Below are positions 50,602 through 64,000 of a stretch of 64,000 nucleotides of DNA, in pieces (position 1 is the first letter of the stretch; each line of letters starts with the position of its first letter). The notes below the pieces were generated by a model that ran no database searches, was not told where the DNA came from, and was given only the letters and a program-made list of their open reading frames with translations. Position numbers and translations under genes: made by a program. Origin of the DNA: Hydrurus foetidus (Eukaryota); the NCBI GenBank assembly GCA_900617105.1, contig UYFQ01000160.1, forward strand, positions 1 to 64,000, in the 5' to 3' direction.

Positions 50602-51568
50602 AGCTGCAACTTAATTGTTATTGCTTAAAACTGATGATTTCTTAAATTTAATGTGATTAATTCCTATTCTGTCACGCCATTTTGTCACGGAGAATCTGGA
50701 GCCAAATTTTGTCAAGCAACTGCCCCGAGGATCACGAAAAACAAAATTTTTCATTTTGTATTTCGGATCCTCCACGATAACAAACGAGGACCCGGAGGAT
50801 TACAGTGTTTTTCTATTTTGTATTTCGTCCAACCGTATGGATTGACCTAAGGGGATTTTTATTTTATTTTTATATGTCTCGAGTCTCGAGGGAAGGCATC
50901 AGCTAGGCAGCAGGTTCTCTGGAGAGGAAAGCAGCAGAGACCGCTGATCGTTGCCATTCTTCATTGGGACAGAGCTACAGGGGGATGAGCCGGGAAGAGG
51001 AGATTTGTATAAGGTAAGTAACTCCCCGTCACTGCATCAATAAGTTTGGAGTAGTTACCCCCATCGTCAGAGCCGTCAAGGTCCCTGAAAGTGTCGAGAG
51101 TATTCAAAGTAGGCGAATTAAAGATGACTGCACCTTCGAACGCATTTAGCAATTCATAAATTTCTGAGCTCATTCATAGCTACATCGTAAGATTACATGT
51201 GCGAAGCAAGCTTTCGACTGCGTGTTCATCACCTCATAGCCAGCCATTCCTACCATAATTGTTTTAACATTCAGGATGAGATACTTTGTATTCTTATCTG
51301 AATAATATGAGTACTGGCTTTTCAGATGGCGAAGTTGAATCTGTTCCGCGGCCCCCTACTGAACCCAAATTCTATTTGAAGATCGTGGAAATGACTGAGG
51401 AGGGTCATGTCCCTACTGGCGCCCGGGCGACCACCTTTTTAAGATTACAGTAGCAAATTTCTCTGGACCCGAACCAATTTCTGCTATTCTTATACGGAGT
51501 GTAATCCCAAAGATAAATCGGATGATATTTGATTTCGCCGTAGTGGACGGAGTGCGATAACGCAATTG

Positions 51569-52951
51569 AACCGCCATTTGTCACACCAGTGGACCATCTT
51601 TTGTCCGACCTGTCAGACAGTTTTACACTCTGTTAAGGTCTATCCTCCAGGCCGTCCACCCGGTAGGACATTTGTCCGACCGGTCGGACAATTTTTACCC
51701 ATATGAAATATTCCTCAATTCGATGAGTTTGAAGCAGTATCTCGGCGAATTCGATAGCTCCAAATGTGCCGATCAAAGGCATAACTTCACCTCTTCAAAC
51801 GGAGACTTCTTTGCTGAGATATGGACTGGGGCAGTGGATCAACTCGCTGGTTCGCCAAATTTGGCGATGGTCTAACTTCCAAGCGAATCTCTAAGGTGTT
51901 GGAATCATTTTCGACGTCGACTGTTTGACTAGAGTGCAATGAACAGTTTCCCCTCCGGTAAAGTCAATCGCCTCGAATTTTGGTTATGTGGCGACAGCGC
52001 AATAGCTGATTGCTCCTTTGGTTTGGCGATTTGTGGCTGAAATCTTCTGTCAAAATTTTCTCTGAAATTTCTTCACTTCTGTGCCTGCAGATCATATTAT
52101 TTTGTGTCATAAATGATGGTCAAGTTCAAACGCCAAAAGGAGATCACGGAATATTGGTGTAATAGCGGAGCGATTGGAATATGGTGAGGATTGCAATCTA
52201 AAATGCAAATCGATTTTCACAAGGAAATGCAGCCTGATAATTTCCGAGCAACGCCCATTCTGACTAGGAAATTTTCATGCTTCTATTGATCAGGACTTCC
52301 TCAACAGTTTCCCATCGATGCCTGAGGAAGCGCCACTTTTGTAGTGAAGTTATAGCTGTCAGCGTTTGCCCCATCGACCGATTTCGGACCGATTTCAGAT
52401 TTCCACCTCGGACGGCTATTTCAAGCGAATCTCTCCGATGCAGTCACTTGTATCGTTCCAGAGCATCAAATATGTTATGAATCATCGTTTTGATATTGCA
52501 TATTGGTGTAAAGTCTCTGTTTTGGGTATCCCTCAATATTTTTATTGAGTCGATTTTCCTGCGTACTCCACCTGTCTTCAAACAAATGATATTATCAGCC
52601 CTTGATGTCGCCTTCATGGCATCTTACCTACTCGACCCTTCTTCAATGGTTCTTGCAGTTGTATAATCCTATTTTGCTCCTAAAAGTTTGATATATCAGT
52701 GTCCTGTATGAGCACTAAAAGAACGTATTAAACATATTATTTGACTATAACTAGTTTTTTTCTGTTCGACCAAAGGCTCCAATATCATCAAGCATGCCAA
52801 TTTAATGCTAGGCAACTAATTGCAATCGATTTCTAAGCTATAAGATGATGTAAGGAGTCAAAAATGTCATATGTCAGCACTGTCCGACCAGTGGGACAGT
52901 GCCCATGTCCACCGGTCGGACAAACAGCTGGAGTGTAGACATTAACGGTCC
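51569..52951. mobile_element. Possible non-autonomous DNA transposon (degenerate inverted ends)
   Basis: TGTCCGACC/GGTCGGACA motif clusters at 51590-51695 and 52880-52925, with degenerate inverted termini; no ORF and no clear TSD. Confidence 0.4.
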
Positions 52952-53267
52952 CAAGGGTAGAAATTGAACCAAATGTGTTGGCTTGCATTGATTTGATACG
53001 GCTGATGATATTGGACGGCGATATTGCAACGCTACACACTCTTCACTCATTCTGCTGTACATACTGTACATATTGACATCACCTATATCCGACATATGAG
53101 TCCAGAGTCCATAGAGTCGTTACACTGATGCATGTTACTCTGGCCTCTGTCCATACAACTATTCTCTAACGTTCGGTCTGTTCTTTATTTCATGTCATTG
53201 AAGAATCGTTCTGTAGGCAGCAATCTTCATCGGATTTCGTCAGGTTTAGCGCAACTTGATAAGTGCA

Positions 53268-56200
53268 ATGGGTGCTACAGTGCTTTTGCTGTCCCTATTC
53301 ATCTTTTCCGTGGTGAAACTTCGTGATGGTTACATACTCAGAACAAAGTTCGCCTACAGTGGGGTTAACATCAGATTGACGGATCGTCACATGGGAGGTA
53401 TTGCTGCGCAGGCGAATGATGTCGGAACTCCAGACGCGATTGATGGATTACTACATGAATTCGATCGCCAATTAAGCAATGAAGACTTCGATGCACAGGC
53501 CATCTCTCGCCTTCATATGGACGTAATCCTGACACTTGTAAAAAGCGATGTGCAGGACAGGGATGATGACGATGGCTCAGAGAGTCACCTGTTTCCGCAG
53601 TCTTATTTGACAGCGTTGATATATATGGTTGACCTAACAAATTCTTTACGAGAGAGAAAGAGCCCTCTATTCACATCAGCCAACATGATATCGAAGAAGG
53701 AAGGTATAGCACAGGTTTTAAAATCCGTCAAATCCATGAAAGATCAACTAATGAGCTCTAGAGAAATCGTGGAGGTTAAACGCAAAACGGAGAGAGTTTT
53801 ATCTCAGCTGCTAACTCTTTCAATTGCGTACAACAGCTGTTTCATGATCGGAACAGAGACAGATTTCATGTTTTTCGCAAAGGCTCTGTTAGAGAAAACT
53901 CCAATTCATGACAAGCATTTTGCGCTCCTGCTCTTTAGCCGCGGGATTATGACGCCGCCACATCGTTCTGGCACAAGCGCAAAGATCACCTGGCCTGGAC
54001 GCGGTGAATCATTTAACGACTTGGCAGCTGTTGCCAGACTTTCGTCAATTAGTCTGAGTAGATCTTTCAAAATGAATATGGCTGATTTGGGAATCTCGCA
54101 GCCAAGCCTTTCAGCGAGGATGCTTTATCCATTCGCATCAGTCGCTATGAGAGCGTTCGTGGCGAGTTCAACGAAGACAATCACCCCAAAACGGAAGAGC
54201 GATGATTGGTTTTCGTATGATTCCAGTAGATCTGATGATAGTGAGGAATTGACATCGGAAAAACTATTCGATGATGCTGATAAGAAGCTGTGTCTTCTGC
54301 TTCAGGCCTGCATAATCGAAGATACTCATGCGGAGAAGCTGCGGGAGATGACTGGATCGGGGGATGAAGTCCTCTCTACATTAAGACGGTGCGCACTCGA
54401 CCCATATTCTCTTGGGAAGTGTTGGTGCAGGCTTGATTAATGAATGTTCTGTATTTTGCATCACGTATCATAGGTGGATTTGCGACCTTGCTGCTACTCA
54501 CTTCATGAATGACGAAGACGGCCTATTCAGCACTCGAGACGGTTTACCTGAAGAGATAAAGAAGAACACAGTAGCAATGGGTGAGGCGATGTCCTCATCC
54601 GCCTCTTAATCCCTCTAATGGCCACTCATACGCCTTCAATTTCATTTCTCAATCCCACCTCAACTCCACTCCACTCGACTCCACCAAGTTGAACTCACAT
54701 AAAGCATATACGTACGTTTTTGACCCTAGAGCTGTTATGCACCGAGAGGGCTTTCTGCGAGGGCAAGAAAAGGGACAGAACAAGATTTTTATCACTCTTT
54801 GAGGAGATAGGCAATTATCTAGAAGTGCTTTCTTCACTCCGAGAAAGCAGAAATCAAATCGATATGGAGCCTTCCGCTCTGCCACTTGCTCCCAACTCAA
54901 AGTTCACATTTAGAGTGAAGAAAACAGTAGCTGCTATCAGTGCCACTAAATTCCTTCCTCGGACTCATAAGTTGAGAGTGGGCATGGAGAATGGAGGAGT
55001 GAACTCGTTCATGGGGGCTTACAACGCGCATAAGAAAGAAGCCGCCCTCTCTGCTCTTAGGGAAAAGAGACCATCCAGTCTGGCAGATCAGGGAGCCGTT
55101 TTAGCTGTCGATGACGACATGTGGGCTACTGCGACTCCCTCTACAAGGACAGGCAGCAGTCGCTCCTCTGTCTCCTCACAGACACAGACACAAGCGGTGT
55201 CTAAGATGAGCTCTCAGGCTCAGGTGTCCGATGATGACGATGACATGTGGGCGTCAGCATCTCCGAAAGAGTTGGGAAAGCAAAAGAGGGCGAAAAAGGC
55301 ATTGGAGAGTGCACCAGTACCTGTAGACTTCGACTTGATCCCTCAGGTAGACCAGTATCTGCTGCAGATCATAGCTGACGTATTGAAGGTCGATGAGGCC
55401 GTTGTCATGCAGCCGCATGTGAGGGACGAAGTGGACTACGTGTTCAGCACTTGGCGCAGACCGCATCTCCTCCTTGACTACCACAGGATGCACTCATCAA
55501 CACCGGATATTCAGAATAATTTCAGAAGGTAATATATGCTCTCTATGAGACGACAACTATCTCCCAAGTATTCAGCGCGCTCGTGATTCTGTATTGAATT
55601 GTATTGTGTGATTTCCACGCGCAGATTTCTTAGCGCTTTGTTCGGTGTAAGTGGTGAGACAGTTGAAGACATCAGGTGAGGGCACAAAGCACGTATACTG
55701 GAAAGACAACCTACTGATTATCTCAAATCTAACACTTGATTTGATTACACTTGATTCTACTACAGGTATACCGATCCCGGTAACAGGAGACACTTCGACT
55801 TACTGCCTCCGGAGCTAGCGGCTAGATGGATAGAAGGGGTAGCTAGAAACGGAGAAATACTGCCAGGTAGTGGTCTATGACTCATCACGTACATTGCTCC
55901 CTAATGCACTGGGTTTCTGGAGAGATACTTCAACAGTGCCCAACAGAGTCGCTCTATTCTATCTAATTAAGCGTATGCTTTCTAATTTGTCGGTTGTTGT
56001 TCACTCAACCGTAGGTTACTGTGACCCCCAGACCCTCTTTATGATCGGAGAGGACTCCAACACTTGCATGGGAATAAGGGCGAGACAAAAGGGTTCCAAC
56101 AGGGGTCTCCTCTCCATGCTTCTACACGGCAACTGTCGCATAATAGGGTCCAAGGACTCTCACGGCAGGCTCACTGCAAGAGCCGTTTCGAGACTTCTTG

Positions 56201-57651
56201 TGGACGATATTACAGGCCTGCCTGTGCTTTACGTGGAGTCGCCATATGGGAGCATAGACGAAGACAGCTACGTTGAGGTGATGCCCTCTGATGCAATACA
56301 ATGCAATAAAAAGCGTTACACTGCTATAGAGTACTCCATATTGCCACATACTCTTCTCTCGCTAGTTACCTTTCCGAAATTTCATGACGTCTCTTATTTC
56401 TGCCATTACTGCGATGAACAGGTCTACGATCAAGCTGCTTTGCTAGGTGATTTACTGCAAGTCCCAGTCATCTATGCCTCTCCTCCCTCACCCACACTGT
56501 ACGTAATGGGCGACAGGGAAATCTCTGCTGTGCACTCAAATACAAATCGACAAATCAGCAATTATGAAATTGCTGATTGGATGGTAGAAGAGGACGAAGA
56601 AGAAGAGGAGGAGGGAATGGATAGTATCAGCTCTTCTCTGCCTCAGGTACAAATACAAGTGGAAAAGACACTCTTCGGGAATCTGTCTGACTACACTGTC
56701 ATGGCCAGCCATGTGTGGATTGACGGAATCAGAGACCCATCTTCAGGCAGGTACCTACCAGGCCACACACCCTTTCTCTACATCATCAAGAAGCCCCCTC
56801 TTGGAGCGGGCATCAAGGAGAAGGAGGAGGGAGCGCTTACCATGGGGGGGAGACCCCTGGGGTCACTCGAGAGTATGGTCGCTAAAGGTCTCACCAAGCT
56901 GCAGCCCGCAGCGACCAAGCCATCTGAGGAGAAGGAGAAGGAGAAGAAGAGTAAGGATAGTGTTGAGACGATATTAACTGCACAGTTTGAGCAGACAGCT
57001 GGTGCGGGGATTGCTCGCACTGCTGCTGCTGCTGCTGCTGCTGCTGCATCTATGTCTATGACTGCACCTGCAATCTCAGATGACAGTGATGAGGCGGAAG
57101 ATGAAGACGATTTCTTTGGTGTCGCCTCCACAATGACAGCGTACAAAAGGCGCCCTGTGCAGAAGTTCTCTACTGCTGCTGCTGTGAGTGCTACGGACTC
57201 TTCCTCCTCCTCCGTGCCACTACCCTCCCCTAAAGCATCTCAGAATGCGATAAAAGGTGAGGAAGCGGTAGAAGTAGCGGTGGCTGTTGAGCCTCCTACA
57301 GCCGAAGAAATAGAGGACAAAAGGAAGTCCAAGAAGCAGCGAGTAGTGTCTGTGCAGGCCCGACTAGCGGAGAGGCAGCGCTTCCTCTCCGAGGCTCAGC
57401 AGAGAAGACAGACAGCCACTAGCGAGATCAACAAGGAGAAGGAGCAGCAGGTCATGGAGTATCAGCTACGCAAGGGCTACCAACTTAGCCGCACACCTTC
57501 TACTCAAGAGGCATCCCCCGCCAGAGATAGAGATATGGAGAGAGACCGCAGAGAGAGTAAAGGCAACGTGGCTGATGTCGTTACCTTTACCCCTACCGTA
57601 GTTGTTGAGTCAGATGATGATGACGATGACTCGGATGGACTGTGGGCCTAG
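53268..57651 (+). CDS. Large multi-exon gene of unknown function with N-terminal signal peptide and low-complexity tail
   Basis: Long ORFs 53256-54440, 54720-55532 and 55870-57651 with plausible GT-AG introns between and within them; hydrophobic N-terminus MGATVLLLSLFIFSVV; conserved-looking core near 56014-56270. Confidence 0.8.
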
Positions 57652-57718
57652 ATTCCTGACATGGATATGCTACACTCCATCAGGCATAAGGCCTCATACT
57701 TCGTTAATACGTGTCATA

Positions 57719-57768
57719 TCTTGTCTTGTCTTGACTTGACTTGACTTGACTTGACTTGACTTGACTTG
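57719..57768. repeat. (CTTGW)n pentanucleotide microsatellite
   Basis: About ten tandem CTTGT/CTTGA units. Confidence 0.95.
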
Positions 57769-58949
57769 CAGTCAGGTGTTACCAGGCGTGACGCTGCTCC
57801 ATGTCCACACCCGGATGGGATGGCATTGTACACATCCAAGCCACAGAGGGAGTCGGATGAGCCCGTACCTTTTTAGAAGTCTTTGCACACTTTCTACTGC
57901 ACGCCAAAATCCAAATATTTGAAGCTGATTATAGAATCCTTTCAGCATAGAATGCTGTCGTATCCAATCACAGCACTGCGCTGTGCTGTGCTGTGCCATG
58001 CTGCTATTGTTACGTATCTATTCCTCCTTCGCCGACTGCAGCAGATCATCATGCGTCAGTGATTACTGAAATACTTTAATGTCGATATATATGTGATCTT
58101 ATTGTTTATATTGTTCGGATCGGATGAACAGTTCTAAAAATCAACATCTCATCACATCTCACTATTTTCCTTTATTCAAGTGCCCCTATTGACTCACAAC
58201 TGGGAGCTATACGGTTGCGCATATTAACCCGCTTATGGCTGCAGCTCACAGTAGCTATTCCTGCGAAAGTGCCGATAGGAGGAGCATCTCAGATTGAATT
58301 GGCTTTGTCCTAAAGAATCGTGTTGTCTCCCGTGAGTTCCCTGCTACGTATACCGTAAACTCCTAAAACAGATTTTAAACCCATTCTCTCCCTTAATTAA
58401 GGGTCTATTGACATAGAAAATTAAATTCTGTGTGTTGGAAGAACACATAGACTGCAAGCCTTGAGAAGGATCTTAAATACTATCAGAGTAGAGTGGTCAT
58501 GGGCCCCACCTACCTAAAATATGTATCAGTCGTACAAGCAATGTTCAACACATCTAAATTATGCAACCAATTTAAAATGCTGTAAGGCTTGAGCACTTTC
58601 CTCCTGATTTCTTACATTAAATCAAATCAGACTGACTTAGCTACTGTACTGTACTGTACTGTAGTGTCCGAGGGATTCAATTTAACTTTTCGATGCGAAT
58701 ACCAGCACATCTCTCTATCCCAAAGTCACGGTTCATCCAACAGTATTATTTGTTCGTTGTCTAGGGCACCTCAAAGGCATCGAAGGGTGCCTCCCTTCAC
58801 ATCCACACAGTATTCCCTTAAAAAGGAAATGCCGAAGTCACGCGCCGCTGACCGGGGTGTGTTTAGTCAGAGCTCTGCTCACGCTGGAAATCTCCAGATT
58901 GACCACACTCACTGTCATATCATCGGCCAGTCCCCAGTTCTTCATCCAC

Positions 58950-60966
58950 TCTCGACCTGACCGAATGGAAAGATGGGGTGGGATGAGTGTGTAACGCAGA
59001 GTCGAGTTGATGATTATGAGGACGTTGTAGAGGCATGCGATTACGTCCGCTCCGATAGTTCCTGTTGCTCATGCTCCCTCCCATACACTCTCTCTTTTTC
59101 TCTCTCCCACACCCACACTCTTACCTGATTCGTGCACCAACTCATCAGCGGTACCAGCAGGGTTCCCGAAGTGCTCGAATGCGACATCCATGGCGCGCTC
59201 GTTGCTGACCATGTCGAACAGACCGTCAGTTGCGACAAGTATAACGCACCTCACAGCAGCCAGACCTGTGACATGAAAATGACGTATGACCGAGATTGTG
59301 TACCACTGTAAAGTTATCTGGAATAAATTGCATGCGAAGGGACTCAGAGGTTTTCAGTAACTGGCACCTGACACATCTTTGCAGGAGAATCCCTCAGGGG
59401 GAACACCTCCCACAATCACATGGAGAGCAACAAGATCGTATTGGTCTATTTGGGGTATCGAAATCACGCCTATGTGGAGCGAGTAGTGGACAGAATAGAA
59501 GACGAGAGGGCAGGTGCAGTGCGGTTATATTAGCGTGAACTGAACAGTGTGCGATGTGTAGCGCGGCACAGCATATCGTATCTGAGAGATTGACTAACTT
59601 AGGGCATCTAACAGCCATGACTCGCCAACATCCTTGACTGCACTCTACAGTTCAGTACCTGCAGTGTGTATCGCGAAGTCGCCCAGACTGCGGCTCATGG
59701 CTAGGCCGTGTATGTTGTCAAACGGTAGATAGACGCGGGAGGTACCGTGGACCGTCTTGACCCAACCTCCTATCGATACAGATAGATGGTGAAACAAGGT
59801 TACCTGATGCTATTTGTTGCGATTTCGCTTTGTAGTTGAATATGACTAGTGTTATGCACTGACTCACCAGATTTCTCAATTCGCATTTTCTCTTCTGGGA
59901 CTCCTGGCTTGTGATCAGAAGACAGCTGGATGCACTTCGACGTTTCGAATCTCCGGTCACTCTCTTTCTGATTCTGAGGCAGTGTCATTGGAGCTCTTTT
60001 GTGCGATGTGCCTACATCACACCCATCTGCGTTATCTATCCACACACCACCCTCCACTGACAGGGCTTCGAACTGCTCGCTCTCTATGCTAGTCTGGTCC
60101 TCTGGAGAAGTGCCCGTTGACTTGCACACGTCAAGCGGGGAACTCAACCCATCCACTCTGAGAGCGACATCCGGATAGAGTTCCTTCGAATAGCCCAACA
60201 CAGCGCGGAAGTCACCGATGTTGGCGACCGTCACCACAGTCCCTGCAGTACGGTACGTTACAGTACGGTACGCATAAAAAGACACGAATATCGGATGAGC
60301 TAGGTCCAGAGTCATAGCATGTGAAGATGATCAGTGTGCAAATACACATGTCACTACTTATCTGTGTCTCTGACCTTGCATAACTATGAGTATCATGGTT
60401 GACCTACTAAATATGGAATTAACAGTCGCTGAAGCTAGGAGATGCCGCTCTGTGGCAAAGAAATAAAATCAATCATAATGAGGTAAAATAAGAGAGATGA
60501 AGTTTCAGACATAATGGAAGAAAGCATTCAGGGATGGCAAATCTTAGAGACCCTTCTCAGTTTTTTTGAAAGGCAGCACCTAGTTTGATCGTTACATCTA
60601 GAATGGCCAATCTGAGATTTGTCATGAATGATGGATGGGCAGGTAGCTCCGCTTCGATGAAGTGTTTGCAGAAGTTGGAGACGTCATGTCCGAATTCTCC
60701 ATGGCCGTCAAAGCAAGCAATGACGAGAGCTGAGGAACCGAGGCAGTGCTTCATCAGGAAGCTGTCTTGATTGGGCTTACAAATACTGTTCGTTCCTGAA
60801 ATATGATTTTGCATTTACCAGACGACATAACGCTTATTCCTGGATAATTATGATGAAAGAGATTGCAGGACAGAATGAATTACAGCGGGAATGTGTCAAT
60901 ATGCAGTCACCTTGGCCTCTTTTTGTTTTCCAGCAAAGAATACTGAGATGATGTCATGTTCTGCAT
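58950..60966 (-). CDS. PP2C/PPM family protein phosphatase, multi-exon (3' end uncertain)
   Basis: KPNQDSF, CFDGHGEFGH, VANIGDFRAVL, LSSDHKP..E..RI, GLAMSRSLGD and VATDGLFD in GT-AG-bounded exons; the final DN motif was not located. Confidence 0.92.
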
Positions 60967-61552
60967 TCTGCGGGTGCGTGACTTCTATGTTTAGCGCATC
61001 GGTAATGGCGGAAAATATTGTAATATTTATTCTGTAGCTTTATTCTCCGAAAATCAGGCTTTTATCAAACTGATTTGCGCGTAATATTCTCACCCGGTAT
61101 AATTATGCAGTGAGTCATTATATTTTGCGTCATTATGATTATGATGACGCAAATTTTTCGGAATCATTAACAGAATCTGCTGCGTATTTGCAGCCAAATA
61201 TATTCGGTTCCGGATTAATCAATTTTACCCTTTTACCGGGTATACCGGAAGTCAACAGCTACTTTGGCCGTAAGATTATTTCCGCAGCATTATGCAGCGG
61301 GGTTTTAGCTCACCAATATTGTAAAGCGATCAAACTTCTTCGAGAATATACGCAAGAATTTTTGCTCGAGTTATGCAGCGGTTTTTTCGTGGGGATAATT
61401 AAAGGTGCGGCTTCGCCGCACAGAAGCAAGATCCTTGCGAGGGATTCTTGCCTCGGGTTATGCGCGGGTTCTATTCCTTTTTCTCAGAGTTATTATATGT
61501 CATACACTCCAATCCAGTTTCCCAAGGGTTAGGGTTAGTCAATTTCCTGGGG

Positions 61553-61984
61553 ATGCAATCTAGCAATAATATTTTCACTGATCTCGTGGCTTCAAAACAA
61601 GATGTGAATTTCATAGTTCTAGTGGGTTTTCGTCGGACCGGAAAATCCCTATTTGCGAAAGCACTCGCAAACGACAACACGAGCGTGTATGTGTACGAGG
61701 ATCTCGATATCAGAGAAGGTCGCAAACATATTGAACCAATAATTGAGTCCTATAAGAGACGTCCTGTAGGCGTGTCTCCCAGGCATATCATTATGATATT
61801 CCGAAGCTACTGGACAATTCCAAAAGAGTTCAAAACCTTGATTACGCAGTACATGATGTTTGGGAAGATGAGGTCTGTGCATGAGGTTCGCCATTCAATG
61901 TATGCGGACTATTTCCAATCTGACAAAACGGCTACGAATACGGAATCGATAGAGTATCTAAAAGCAAGCAACAGTCAATTGTAA
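61553..61984 (+). CDS. Short P-loop ATPase resembling A32-like (FtsK/HerA) viral packaging ATPases
   Basis: Walker A GFRRTGKS, Walker B-like YVYED, then RHIIMIFRSYWTIPKEFK..YMMF; intronless. Confidence 0.6.
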   Translation: MQSSNNIFTDLVASKQDVNFIVLVGFRRTGKSLFAKALANDNTSVYVYEDLDIREGRKHIEPIIESYKRRPVGVSPRHIIMIFRSYWTIPKEFKTLITQYMMFGKMRSVHEVRHSMYADYFQSDKTATNTESIEYLKASNSQL

Positions 61985-61996
61985 AGTAATCCCGTT

Positions 61997-64000
61997 TCAT
62001 TCAGTTCCATGGGCAGATGATAACATCACTTCAATAGAGAGTCGCATTACAACATTCATATACCCTCGCATAATTGGAGACAAATCGACCTTCGATCCAG
62101 AAGTGATCGAATGCGAAGCATCACCAACTCTTACATCTGTCACGGATAAATTGTCGTCGACAGCATCGGCGATTGAGCTGATAGATTCCGTGCGTGAGGG
62201 TCTCCTATTAATCATCAGTAAAGGATTCATGCGATAGTATCTGAGTTAAACAAAGTTCAGTCTCGTAGCAGTGATTTTGTTACCTCTTCCCAGGATTGTG
62301 AGCAATTCTTGTAAACGCGGATGGCAGAGTCGGTTTAGATAGTTGTTGTGGAATTAACTTGTCATGTTGGCTTAAGTCGAATTCATCGCCGTTTTTCCTT
62401 CCTGTGGAATCGTTGATAACTTTATATCCGTTTTCTTTCATCATTAACCCAAATACGTCGCTTTCTCGAAGAGTACCCATCAAAACCATCATGTCTCTCA
62501 CCTAATTCTCGACACAACACCTCATTCGCTTTTCCGGTAGTGATCAACGGCTCATCATTTTTCAGTGTTTTGAAGAAGCGACTCCTTTGATGAGATGATA
62601 AGTGAGTTCCTGACCCGACATCCTCAGAAACTCCCGAACTACTCCCTATGTCTCCCCTTCTCTGCTAAATGGGTCAAATCAAGGAAAAGGTAGAATCACA
62701 TGATTTTTTCATCCATTGGACGATATTACGGATTAGAAGTTAGCTGCGCTGAGCTTACATCGATTGCCCCCAGCTCGTGGTTGCCATTTGCCGGTCGACC
62801 ACCTCCCTTGCCCTTGCCTCGGAATCGGGTGAAAAAGTCGGTAATTTTTCCGCTGGGTCGCACCTCAGTGGATGCTGTCAAGTAGTGGCATATCTACTAG
62901 ATCTGTGCTGTTGCACTTCAACTTCTGAATCCTTTGAGTTGACCATTTCATCTAGTACCCACAGTGCCATTCCTACGGAACAACTTATGAAAAGCACAGA
63001 GAACATAGAACGTGCTGGAAGACGTCAGGAATGAAAATTCACAGACTACGATGCTATCTCTACCTCGAAAAAGTGAAATTTTGCTGATCATCACTGTATA
63101 TCTCTCTACCTTGAAAGAGTTGAGGGAGGGTACAAAAGTTGTTATTGTTCATGTATCTACATACCGTTGAGTGCCTAATTTTGTGTTCTCAATTTAGGTA
63201 TTACGTCCTGTCTTTCGCAACAACACGCCTACATAACACTACTCTACCATCATAAATAGCTCCGCCTGTGCAACACATTTTCCAGCGCTGAAAGTTGACT
63301 CCTTTCTGTCATGCGATTGTAATTCATTGATATAGTATACGGATATAGTATGTACGTATAGTAGCCGTTACGTAAAAAAGATACATTGAAGTATGATTTC
63401 AGATAGGTCCAGGATCCCAGAATTCAAAAATAATTAATTAGAAATCCAACCGGCAATCCGATACCCTCCGTTGGTCTCCGCAGTGAGAAATGACATCATT
63501 TCATGATCTTCTCAACTGCTAGATTATCCACGTGAATTCTTGCAGAATAGCTCTGTTGTTTCCTTTTGCCTGTCAGTAATCTAATCAAGCATAGTCTACA
63601 GAATTGTCGCCGTACAATATTCTTCATTTGACTGAGAGCTCTGCCTGCAGCAGACGATCTACCTGAGTGTCAGCGACATCAGGTAATGCAATCCATATGA
63701 CATGGTAGCGATTGATATTGGCGAAATTCCAGAGGGTGGTATAGAATATCGGCTAGGGCCATTCTTGGTCCGCCATCATGGACCTCCTTTCTACACTTAC
63801 CCCTCAGTATCTGTGAGTCAGACTGTGGAGTGAAGCGAGCTACCTGTTGGCTGCGGAAGCGCAAAGGAAAGACTGGCTGATGGAAGTGGTCTCGGAAGAC
63901 GTGTTTACTTACAACGATCAAGTAGTAAAACAACTGGCGATGATATCAGAGAAGACAACCATCAAAGAAGCAAAGCAAAGCATCCATTGTGCATGAAATG
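61997..64000 (-). CDS. Probable 3' part of an unidentified gene or pseudogene
   Basis: Several short minus-strand protein-like ORFs (61997-62230, 62280-62501, 63679-63933); exon structure unresolved. Confidence 0.3.

Larger units (their letters stand above)
46976..50847 (-). mobile_element. PIF/Harbinger DNA transposon Harbinger-2
   Basis: TIRs GGTCGGTCCATA / GGTCAATCCATA (rc); TSD TAA at 46973-46975 and 50848-50850; subterminal ACGAAATAC repeats at both ends; two convergent ORFs. Confidence 0.93.

Overview
Eukaryotic genomic DNA with spliceosomal introns, probably a stramenopile/ochrophyte protist (inferred from gene and element types). About 51 kb is a nested transposon cluster. It holds three related Ty3/Gypsy elements (a chromodomain is visible in Gypsy-2), four Ty1/Copia elements, two PIF/Harbinger elements, a pogo-like element and a MULE-like transposase remnant. 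Host genes are VPS26, a large unknown gene with a signal peptide and a PP2C phosphatase, plus an orphan A32-like (viral packaging-type) ATPase ORF. The strongest signal is in how the retrotransposons appear to prime reverse transcription. (1) A young Copia element (40938-46972) has no tRNA PBS; the 11 nt after its 5' LTR are the exact reverse complement of an 11-mer inside its own LTR, the Tf1-type self-priming geometry that I know only from Gypsy elements. (2) Two divergent Gypsy elements replace the PBS with a covarying 12-bp perfect palindrome and end the 5' LTR in ATA rather than ACA; in Gypsy-2 the two LTRs also diverge specifically in U5. (3) A third Copia uses a normal tRNA-iMet-type PBS but has a CCCH finger, an unknown extra domain, an HSDD RT motif, a triplicated integrase and a palindromic repeat array in its 3' UTR. 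Many frameshifts in the young elements are single-base losses in homopolymers and are probably assembly errors. All family calls come from motif recognition by eye; no searches were run.
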